Below are positions 50,931 through 58,861 of a stretch of DNA of 64,000 nt, piece after piece; position 1 is the stretch's first letter, and the number at the start of each line of letters is the position of its first letter. The stretch is from an uncultured virus (IMG/VR IMGVR_UViG_3300045731_000049) (lineage: Duplodnaviria; Heunggongvirae; Uroviricota; Caudoviricetes): the IMG/VR virus record IMGVR_UViG_3300045731_000049, one strand, 5' to 3'. A program made the translations under genes and the position numbers. The notes under the pieces are model-generated. The model was not told the DNA's origin and searched no databases. It saw only the letters and a list, made by a program, of their open reading frames with translations.

Positions 50931-51335
50931 CTACATCCTAGGGCTGTCGGCTCCAGGTTTTATCCGCTTCTCGACAGCCACTATTTCGATCTGTTCAGGA
51001 TCAAACACTGCGATCTCGTAAATCCGTCCATTGCGCCCCGACACCCCATAGACGGCGTCATATCCCTGAGCTTTGAGTTCAGCGATCCTGTCTGTCGACA
51101 GAACCTGAGACTCGATCCCAAACAAGCGTATAGGATTTCTGATCGTGAGATTGGCTGTCATCACAGTCTGAACGTCGCCCTCTTCGATACAACCATTGTC
51201 GGCATAGCTCCATGCATCGTCGACATCTGGCGTGAAATAGATTCCACCCACGCCCTCGTACCGTAGTGGAGAGAACCTCGTGATCTGCTTATAAGAGCCG
51301 TGATAGCCGATCACTGGTACATTCGTGTCCGTCAT
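50931..51335 (-). CDS. ADP-ribosyltransferase-fold protein (ART-PolyVal-like)
   Basis: GYHGS...GIYFT...AWSYA...GYDAV...YEIAVFDPEQI; ends DSPRM. Confidence 0.7.
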   Translation of the reverse strand: MTDTNVPVIGYHGSYKQITRFSPLRYEGVGGIYFTPDVDDAWSYADNGCIEEGDVQTVMTANLTIRNPIRLFGIESQVLSTDRIAELKAQGYDAVYGVSGRNGRIYEIAVFDPEQIEIVAVEKRIKPGADSPRM

Positions 51336-51619
51336 GATGTTTTCCAAGTCCGAGCAGGCTGCGAATTTTGTACATTGAGAGTACGTGAGTGGCATGCCAA
51401 GGACAACAGACTGACTTTATAGCGTCCATCAGTTTATTTTCCTTTGTGAGAGGATGTGTAAAATCTCCGAGATTTAAATCGTCATCCGCAAGATACCAAA
51501 CCCAATTTCCGAGATTCGCGTCATCTTTTAATTTTCCAAGCTAAATATCTATATTTATTGAAAAATTTCTTGAAACAAATAACGCTAACGAATATTAACT
51601 TGGCCAAAGGAGATTACTC

Positions 51620-52048
51620 ATGATTTACGGAAAGGTTGATCTTGAACCAATCGAAATCGAATTTTTGAAAGCAAAAATTGTGGTTGCTAAATCCCAGGTT
51701 CAAGCCAGCCTCGCGGTCAGCTCGTCTGCTCAAGAACAAACGTTCTACACCGAGATGAATCTCAAACTCTCGACCATTTCCACCCTCATGGATACTTGGC
51801 AGTCTGGAGTTCGGTCTCTGGAAGAAGACACGCTCCTGCTCCTAAGAGGGCTTGCTGCACCTGCTCGCCCGACTGAATACGCATTACGATTGGAAGCCGC
51901 AAAAACAGCGCATGACGCTTCAGAAATGGCTAGCATCATGGCGGAATGGGATTTATCCAAGCTTTTGCAAGCAAAGTTAGAGGAGCCATTTCTCAAAGAT
52001 AATTCACAGGATGCCGAAGCGGAAGACGACGAGCAATCTCATAATTAA
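51620..52048 (+). CDS. hypothetical protein
   Basis: 142 aa, AAGGAG RBS. Confidence 0.7.
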   Translation: MIYGKVDLEPIEIEFLKAKIVVAKSQVQASLAVSSSAQEQTFYTEMNLKLSTISTLMDTWQSGVRSLEEDTLLLLRGLAAPARPTEYALRLEAAKTAHDASEMASIMAEWDLSKLLQAKLEEPFLKDNSQDAEAEDDEQSHN

Positions 52049-52137
52049 ATCTTCAATTATAAAATTTACAATTTTTGGCTTGCCCTCTGGTGTTTAATTG
52101 GTCAACATTTTTACATTCGACCATTGGGAGTAATTAA

Positions 52138-52470
52138 ATGGCAAATGAAAATACTATAATTAATTTCGATCCAAATATGAATTATTCTGGAAACATGTCA
52201 ACGAAGACGTTACGAATGACGTTTGGCGTTTGGGATTATCGTCTGACAAGGGAAGTGACCGTTGGCGGCAACGGTGCTGGCTTCCATAACATCGATTCTG
52301 CACTCATGCAGATTTACGATGACGTTGGAGATAAAGGCATCGTACTCAAACGCGAAAGTGATGGCGACACTCTTCTCTGCGAAGACGACGAAGGACAGGG
52401 CGAAGACTGGCTCAAGGAAATGCTGATCGCAGCTGAAATCATTGCCGTTGCGCCCCAAGAATGGCGCTAA
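52138..52470 (+). CDS. hypothetical protein
   Basis: 110 aa, GGGAG RBS. Confidence 0.7.
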   Translation: MANENTIINFDPNMNYSGNMSTKTLRMTFGVWDYRLTREVTVGGNGAGFHNIDSALMQIYDDVGDKGIVLKRESDGDTLLCEDDEGQGEDWLKEMLIAAEIIAVAPQEWR

Positions 52471-52477
52471 ACCGATG

Positions 52478-52741
52478 TTATGTTTCGATGGAGAGGATGT
52501 CGTCTTCGTCGAACACTATCTCAGCAACAGCATATGGCGGCCCAGCTAACCTGCTCGGGTCGCTTTCCATTTTTGGCTCCAATTTAATGGCTGACAAGGT
52601 GCGAGAGCCGATGTCAGTCACGATCCATTCGCCACCGCCATTTGTGAAAGGGCTGCCGATCTTCAGGTGAGCGAGATCGCAACGGAGATGACCTGCATTC
52701 AAGTCTGAGAGATTAGGTTTCAATTCTTTGATCGCCCTCAA
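52478..52741 (-). CDS. hypothetical protein
   Basis: 87 aa; W.VTDIGSRT...GPPYAVAEIVFDE motif. Confidence 0.6.
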   Translation of the reverse strand: MRAIKELKPNLSDLNAGHLRCDLAHLKIGSPFTNGGGEWIVTDIGSRTLSAIKLEPKMESDPSRLAGPPYAVAEIVFDEDDILSIET

Positions 52742-52919
52742 TGGCGATTGTGTAGTTTGGGCTATGTTTCATTGAAAGTAGCCCGGAGGCGGTCAATTTA
52801 CAAGGTAGTCGGAAATGTATAGCAGACCGTCTTGCGGACATCGTCCGACCGAAACGCCTGTTTTCAACGACACTTGCGAGATCCGCAGTTACGATGGTTC
52901 CAATATTCGGATATCGTTT

Positions 52920-54716
52920 ATGACTGAAAGCCTCGACATACAGAAGAAAGCCGTCCTTCGTCTGCTGCACGCCTATGCTCCACAGAATGAGAAGGTGGAC
53001 CCACTTCTCGTGGTGTCGCTCGGACGAGTCTTGCTCAAGGGCGCAAAACGCAACGAGGACATCCATTCACTCGTAACAGGTGATCAAGTCCGTCACATAT
53101 ACGACTGGCTGAAGGCCGAAGTCTTAAACGGAGCGGAATGGCTGTCGAATTGCGATGAGAAAGGACGTCCGAGGAAGCTGCTCAAGTTCGGGTCCGTCGC
53201 TCAGATCGTTCAGGAAGCGGACCAGGCCATGGAAAAGGCCAACCAGGGCACAGGCAAGGTTTCTCTGATCGAAGGCGATGAAGTCCTCATTGCAGAACTG
53301 GAAGACGGCTACTCGCTCGTTCGGATGCTCACACCTGCAGCGCTCGACCGCGAGAGCCAAGTTATGCAGCACTGCATCGGAAATGGCGGTTACGACGACG
53401 AGCTTACAAAAGAATGGGCGAGATTTCTTTCTCTGAGGGACGCTTCAGGTAACCCTCATGTTACCATGGACATCTCAATTAACGATGATCGGATGAATAT
53501 TAATCAGATCAAGGGGAAACAGAATGCGGTGCCAATCGCCAAATATCTGTCGATTCTTCGCCCATGGTTTGCAGAAATGAAAGCTACTCTGACCTACATG
53601 CCAGAACGAGGGTTAATGGTTTCGTCGAATGAAGAAATTTATCACGCCAGCGAGCTGCCAGATGACTTCGAATGCAAAAGAGATTTTCGAGCACATGAAT
53701 TGGAGGGGGCTAGGATTCCAGAACGTCTTAAAGTTCATGGACATATGAGCATTATCAGCTACGACGGCGAGAACACTCAAAGTCATCTCCCCGAGGGGCT
53801 GTATGTCGGCGGGGATTTAACGATCAGGTCTCCTATGATCGAGGTAATTTCCAAAAATACGACAGTCAAAGGCACACTGCGAGCGAGCTGTTCAAATATC
53901 TCCGCAATCGGAGAGGGCCTTACTGTCTTTGGCGATTGTTATTTGGCGAACACAAAAATCGAAAAGCTTCCTTCCAAATTAACCGTCATCGGGAAGTTAT
54001 TCATCGGCGAAACCCAAGTCAAAGAAATTGGAGAATCCGTAATATTCAGCTCGCTCGATGCCTCAGGAAGCTATCTGGATGCGGTTCCTACGCACATCAA
54101 AGAGTATGATGAACTGAAGATAGACGGGACATCAGTCAAAGGCCTCCCGGAAGGACTATCAATTTCAAGATTTAGTGCTACAAATGTCGATTTTGCTAGT
54201 TTTCCAGAAAATCTCCGAGTTGAAGATGATTTGATACTTTATCGTGCCAATATCCCGGTGTTGTTCGACACATTAAAACTCCCTCTTGATTCCTGTTTTG
54301 CTGTATCAAAGATCGGGGAAATGCGCGGTGATATCGTGTTTGAAGGCCCTATTCGTAACAGCGTAGATTTTACGGATGCAAAAATAGGCAAGCTGCCAGA
54401 TAGCATAACCGTAATTGATGGTGATCTCATATTGAATGGAACGGATATCTCTACACTTCCTAGAAAATTGCATGTTACCCATAATATTGATCTGCTGCAC
54501 ATGGAAAATCTCAAGGAATTACCATCTGATTGTGAGTTGTCATGTGAAAAATTGTTATTGGACCATGATTCAAAATTCGAAATACCAAAACATTGGAAAG
54601 TGAAGACAGTTGCTCTTGTGGGTGGTGGCGAATACGAAACGACTATGACTGCCGAGGAGTATCGGCAAAGGGTTCGGAAAGAATTTGCTATGTTGGAATC
54701 GACATTGAAATTCTGA
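52920..54716 (+). CDS. PcfJ-domain protein with C-terminal LRR-like repeats
   Basis: ALDRESQVMQHCIG...SLRDASGNPHVT...QIKGKQN, then LP.GL.V.G.L repeats; start inferred at ATG 52920. Confidence 0.75.
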   Translation: MTESLDIQKKAVLRLLHAYAPQNEKVDPLLVVSLGRVLLKGAKRNEDIHSLVTGDQVRHIYDWLKAEVLNGAEWLSNCDEKGRPRKLLKFGSVAQIVQEADQAMEKANQGTGKVSLIEGDEVLIAELEDGYSLVRMLTPAALDRESQVMQHCIGNGGYDDELTKEWARFLSLRDASGNPHVTMDISINDDRMNINQIKGKQNAVPIAKYLSILRPWFAEMKATLTYMPERGLMVSSNEEIYHASELPDDFECKRDFRAHELEGARIPERLKVHGHMSIISYDGENTQSHLPEGLYVGGDLTIRSPMIEVISKNTTVKGTLRASCSNISAIGEGLTVFGDCYLANTKIEKLPSKLTVIGKLFIGETQVKEIGESVIFSSLDASGSYLDAVPTHIKEYDELKIDGTSVKGLPEGLSISRFSATNVDFASFPENLRVEDDLILYRANIPVLFDTLKLPLDSCFAVSKIGEMRGDIVFEGPIRNSVDFTDAKIGKLPDSITVIDGDLILNGTDISTLPRKLHVTHNIDLLHMENLKELPSDCELSCEKLLLDHDSKFEIPKHWKVKTVALVGGGEYETTMTAEEYRQRVRKEFAMLESTLKF

Positions 54717-54768
54717 ATTTTCTATTTCTTTATGAATATATGTCAGTTAACATTATTGTACACCGCAG

Positions 54769-54915
54769 GGCTATCCGACATCTGAGGTTGATGCAGGTTC
54801 CTGGTTCAACGCTCCATACCTGCCAGATGCAATTGCGTCTGGCCCAGCAGAGGAAGCTCCACAGGCGTTGATGGGAATAATTACTCCCATCCGTTCGGGC
54901 ATAGCCTGCCCTACG
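54769..54915 (-). ncRNA. predicted TnpB omega-RNA scaffold overlapping the tnpB 3' end
   Basis: Hairpins GGGCA-GGCTA-TGCCC, GATGGGA...TCCCATC and GCCAGA...TCTGGC; ACGCCTGTGGAG...GAACCAGGAA motifs resembling those at tnpB 3' ends; 5' boundary uncertain. Confidence 0.6.
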
Positions 54916-56027
54916 TAATTTAATCCATAATTGCGCAGATTAAGCGCTGCATTGAAGTCGCGATCCGCGACATTTCCACACGAAGCGCACCGATAGGTGC
55001 GTTCGTGAAGACGGAGACGGTCTTCTCCGCTTCTGATATTTCCGCAGGATGAACATTTCTGGGTCGATGGTTCAAACCGACCGACTTTGATATGTTGCTT
55101 ACCCGCCCATTCAGCCTTATAGCTGATCTGCCGTAATGCTTCTCCCCATCCTGCATCGGAGATGGAACGAGATAGGCGCTTGTTCTTCAGCATGCCCTGG
55201 ACGTTCAGATCTTCTGTCACAATGACATCGGCCCGACGAACCAAAGCTGTCGTCGCCTGATGCAGAGCATCAGAGCGATAGTCAGCCACTTTGGCATGAA
55301 GAACAGCTACACGAGCCGCCTGACGGCGTCTGTTGGCACTGTTCTTCTGCCGTCGCGCCAGGATGCGCTGCGCGCGTCTCAGGCGCTTCTGTGTCTTGCT
55401 CAACTTGCGTGGGTTGGAAACACCCACGCCATCAGAACTGGCCATCAGTGATGCAAGGCCTAAATCAACGCCGATCACATTCTTGATCGGGAGGGATGAT
55501 ACATCTGGAACATCAATGTCCTGTTCCACCTCACACTGAACGACACACCACCATGTTCCAGCCCTTTGTGAGACTGTCGCAGATAAAATCCGGCCTTCTG
55601 GAAGCCGTCCCGCACGAAACTTCACACCCTGCTTCATTTTAGGCAGAACAACGCGACTGTTCTCGATGCGCAGGCTTTGATTAGCTATATAAAAAGCTTC
55701 TCTCGAAATACCACGCTTCTTGAAACGGGGAAAACCTGCGCCTTCCTTGAAGCATTTTTTCAGCGCCTGATCCAGATTCCGACAAACCCGTTGCAGAGAA
55801 TTGGATGGTGCATCAGCAAGCCATGGATTTTCAACCTTCAGAGTGGGTAAGAGTTGATCCATTTCAAAACGGAAAATGAATTTCTTTTCCGCTTCGTATT
55901 TCTTCTGCTGAAGATCGAGCAGGTAATTCCATAACCAACGGCATGATCCAGCGAAGCGTGCCAACATATCCGCCTGTTCCACAGTCGGATATAACTTCAG
56001 CCTGTATGCTTTCTGGATTAATGCCAA
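54771..56027 (-). CDS. tnpB: RNA-guided endonuclease TnpB
   Basis: AYRLKLYPT HTH, RuvC motifs GVDLG / TEDL / DRDFNAA, CSSC...CASC zinc finger; stop codon lies inside the TIR. Confidence 0.95.
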   Translation of the reverse strand: MALIQKAYRLKLYPTVEQADMLARFAGSCRWLWNYLLDLQQKKYEAEKKFIFRFEMDQLLPTLKVENPWLADAPSNSLQRVCRNLDQALKKCFKEGAGFPRFKKRGISREAFYIANQSLRIENSRVVLPKMKQGVKFRAGRLPEGRILSATVSQRAGTWWCVVQCEVEQDIDVPDVSSLPIKNVIGVDLGLASLMASSDGVGVSNPRKLSKTQKRLRRAQRILARRQKNSANRRRQAARVAVLHAKVADYRSDALHQATTALVRRADVIVTEDLNVQGMLKNKRLSRSISDAGWGEALRQISYKAEWAGKQHIKVGRFEPSTQKCSSCGNIRSGEDRLRLHERTYRCASCGNVADRDFNAALNLRNYGLNYVGQAMPERMGVIIPINACGASSAGPDAIASGRYGALNQEPASTSDVG

Positions 56028-56127
56028 TGATTAAGATTCTCGGTTTGTTCAAAGCCAGAACTGAGCTCATCAGCTCGATATGTCAAGAGCATAAAACTGG
56101 TCCATCAACCTCAGATGTCGGATAGCC

Positions 56128-56262
56128 CACCGCAGTAAACGGACAGCAACGGGACTACAAAGAACCAGCGGCGAGAGCAATAAGCTCAGTGAAATGTACA
56201 TCTCACTCTTGCAGTGGTGTCTAAACCTCCGTTCAATGTAAAAGGCTCCTTCGGGAGCCTTT
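56128..56262 (+). ncRNA. candidate structured ncRNA interrupted near its 5' end by the TnpB element
   Basis: ORF-free; hairpins GAGC-AATAA-GCTC and AGTGA...TCACT; AACGGA/TCCGTT pairing; ends in a UUCG terminator. Confidence 0.4.
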
Positions 56263-56268
56263 CTGTTT
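56241..56268 (+). terminator. intrinsic terminator with UUCG loop
   Basis: AAAGGCTCC-TTCG-GGAGCCTTT-CTGTTT. Confidence 0.8.
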
Positions 56269-56319
56269 GCTAATTGACGCAAATGCTTATTTTAGCTACA
56301 GGATTTTTATCAAATTAGG

Positions 56320-56808
56320 ATGGGCAACATGACAGATATTCCGGAAATTGTTCCTCAAAAAGGCGAACACGATATGACCGTGGATGATCTTGTTTTCCAT
56401 AAGCATGAACTCGCCTATGGAGCCGAACTTACCGAACAGACTATGAACGCGCCTAAAGAGGATAATGAAGACATTCTCTCGCAGGCGCTCAAGGTCATGC
56501 CACCCCATATCCAGAAATCCATGCAGGCGTGGAATAATACGTTGAAGTCCGCAACTCACGCCGTTGTCGTTTTCGAAAATGGTGCGTCCGTCAGCGTCAT
56601 TACAGGTGTTCCAGAATATCGTGATCCAGAAAACGGTGAAGACATTGTTATGTTCGCCAAGGGAGACGCACGCGTGCCGACTTATGAGGTCGCATTTACA
56701 CGTCCAGATGGAGAAGAGACAATTCTTCCGTATCAAACACGAGATGAAGTGACAGCGATCTTGTCCAGAATGGCCTCACTCCCATCCGTTGGTAAATACG
56801 AGAACTAA
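56320..56808 (+). CDS. hypothetical protein
   Basis: 162 aa; FENGASVSVI...YEVA motif. Confidence 0.7.
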   Translation: MGNMTDIPEIVPQKGEHDMTVDDLVFHKHELAYGAELTEQTMNAPKEDNEDILSQALKVMPPHIQKSMQAWNNTLKSATHAVVVFENGASVSVITGVPEYRDPENGEDIVMFAKGDARVPTYEVAFTRPDGEETILPYQTRDEVTAILSRMASLPSVGKYEN

Positions 56809-57030
56809 GGAGATTGCCTGGCAGAAATAGTCCATGTTCAGGATGGTATCATTTACTCGCTTGTGGGTTGCAATGATCATCGGCAAGATTTCATTAGAAG
56901 CCCCCGACTTGCGGCTCACTTATTACGTCCAAGCGTTCTGGTGAGCCGTTTTTTTATTTCTGTGTTTTCAGACTTTCTGTTATATGTTCTATAGCCCATA
57001 ATTCCGTTCAAATATTGCCCTTAACACATA

Positions 57031-58314
57031 TTAAAACGCAATCTCGAAATCCGCCACCAGTGCAAGTTTTTCGGTTCGTTCGATCAATGCCTTTGAATAA
57101 TCATCCGGCATCGGAAGTTCTTTCAGCAAATCTCGCCATTGGTCAGCGGCCTGTTCGACGACGATCTTGACTTCCTTATCCAGTCTCTTTTGAGGAACGT
57201 CGCAGAATGAGGCAAGTTTACGAAACCGATTGAGTGCTAAAATCTCACTGTTGTGAGTATTTCTGAACCGTAGTGCCATATCATTACGCCTGTCATAGAC
57301 ATAGCTCGCTACAATATCATAGGCGGGGCTGAGCTTCCCTTCTGATGCTTCTGGATACCACAGAGACCAGTTCTTCAAGTGAGCGTCAGTGTTTCCCATC
57401 AACACATTTGCCGCCACTCTTCTGACAGCTTGCAGAAAAGCTTCAGTTCCGCCACCGAGACGGTTCGCAATGTTTACGACTGTTTCTTCGTTCGCGGCCG
57501 TATATTTTCTCGTGGGCTGCTCGCCTAAAATCTGTAAAAAGTCTTCCATATGCACACGCTGACCGTCAGGTGTACGATCAAATCGTTGTACAGCTAATAC
57601 CAGATCGCCACCTTTTAGGATGTCCTCATCAAGACCACTGATTTCCTTGGTGGAAACAAGGTCCATTTGAGGAATGGTAATGCCAACAGCTTCGGCCAGC
57701 TTCATAGACGAAAACTCGACTTCGGGAAGATTTCGGAACTTTTCGCTTGGCAACTTGGCTACGATGTTTCCGTGTTCGCCAACAGCAGGAAACGTCAATC
57801 GTTCACCCTGCTTTAGCATTGACATCTTCAACTGAACGCCAGCTAGCGAAAAACGGATGCCGGATTGTCTTTCGACTTCGTCAGATAACATAAACTCGAC
57901 TTCAGTTCCTTCTTCTGGTCGCACAATTACAGCACCAGGCAAATCTTCGCCGAGCCACGCCAACACATCGTAATCAGACGTGTGTCCAGTAGGCATCCCG
58001 CGCATTACCATGTCTCTTAGAGCGCCTTCAGGAAGAAGGTTTGAGAACCATGCCGGAATTTCCCTGCCTGCTTGAACCATCGGACCAGCGCGCAAAAGTT
58101 CAACTGTTTCCTCTTCATTGCCGTAGCGGAGTAGCGACGAGCTCAGCAAAGGACGGTTTGAACCTAGCTCAATGTAAGATTCATCAATATCGAAGCGTAC
58201 GATGTTACGGGCATCCCGAGTAAGCGAGCCGACGCGCACTTCCTCGCCACCAGCCTGAAGATAGATACCAAGAACCTCAAATCTGCTCACGTACGAACTC
58301 CGTTTAACGATCAA
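57031..58314 (-). CDS. hipA: HipA-family Ser/Thr kinase toxin
   Basis: FSNLLPEG, FSLAGVQLK, QRFDR, HMEDF, GNTDAHLKNWS, LSPAYD. Confidence 0.92.
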   Translation of the reverse strand: MIVKRSSYVSRFEVLGIYLQAGGEEVRVGSLTRDARNIVRFDIDESYIELGSNRPLLSSSLLRYGNEEETVELLRAGPMVQAGREIPAWFSNLLPEGALRDMVMRGMPTGHTSDYDVLAWLGEDLPGAVIVRPEEGTEVEFMLSDEVERQSGIRFSLAGVQLKMSMLKQGERLTFPAVGEHGNIVAKLPSEKFRNLPEVEFSSMKLAEAVGITIPQMDLVSTKEISGLDEDILKGGDLVLAVQRFDRTPDGQRVHMEDFLQILGEQPTRKYTAANEETVVNIANRLGGGTEAFLQAVRRVAANVLMGNTDAHLKNWSLWYPEASEGKLSPAYDIVASYVYDRRNDMALRFRNTHNSEILALNRFRKLASFCDVPQKRLDKEVKIVVEQAADQWRDLLKELPMPDDYSKALIERTEKLALVADFEIAF

Positions 58315-58619
58315 TCATCATCACTATCAGGAATGAAGAGTTCATCCCGAACGCTTTTCACTGGGCTGTAGGTCTTGTTCTTAGGATCGAGATGACCGTT
58401 TACCATTTCCTGTACAGAACCAATGATCCTTTTAGGAACGAGAACAAAATCAGCGTTCAATGCAGCAATTAAGCTCATCAATGTCGAAACTTCGACGTTT
58501 GCTTTTCCGCTTTCAATTCTGGAAATGTCTCCTTGATGGATACCAGAAATTTCAGCTAATTGTTTTTGCGTCCATCCTTTGGCCTTACGCAACTTCCGGA
58601 TATCATTCAGAAAATTCAT
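58311..58619 (-). CDS. hipB: HipB-like XRE HTH antitoxin
   Basis: RKAKGWTQKQLAEISGIHQGDISRIESG; overlaps the hipA start; GGAGG RBS. Confidence 0.85.
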   Translation of the reverse strand: MNFLNDIRKLRKAKGWTQKQLAEISGIHQGDISRIESGKANVEVSTLMSLIAALNADFVLVPKRIIGSVQEMVNGHLDPKNKTYSPVKSVRDELFIPDSDDD

Positions 58620-58861
58620 GCACAGGCCTCCTTTGCTGCCATCATATAGCTTATACGCCATACTATGTCAATATTATAGGTTTTAAGCCATACCGAGAAA
58701 CCAAGGGAACATGTATCTAAATACAACATCCATGCTTACTATTGAGTGTCGTTCGCAAATTCATCAAATGAATGCCCCATAAAAGATAATTCATAAAGCC
58801 ATAAATCCTGAAATTAAAAGAACAAAAGAATTGACAAACTTATATTTCAGAAACTCTAATA

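Larger units (their letters stand above)
54769..56127 (-). mobile_element. non-autonomous TIR element carrying tnpB, with 8-bp target-site duplication
   Basis: Perfect 25-bp inverted repeats GGCTATCCGACATCTGAGGTTGATG (54769-54793 and 56103-56127) flanked by direct repeat CACCGCAG (54761-54768, 56128-56135); no transposase inside. Confidence 0.85.

Noticed and set aside
37348..56027. Flagellin plus TnpB as a TldR-type (nuclease-dead TnpB repressing host flagellin) system
   Set aside because: TnpB keeps all three RuvC catalytic residues, lies 16 kb away inside its own TIR/TSD element, and its predicted guide is simply the insertion flank; I saw no match to the flagellin region
55943..56282. 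ORFs sharing peptides STSDVG / AIRHLRLM with ORFs at 54593-54871 and the TnpB C-terminus
   Set aside because: The shared peptides are just translations of the two TIR copies, not real paralogs
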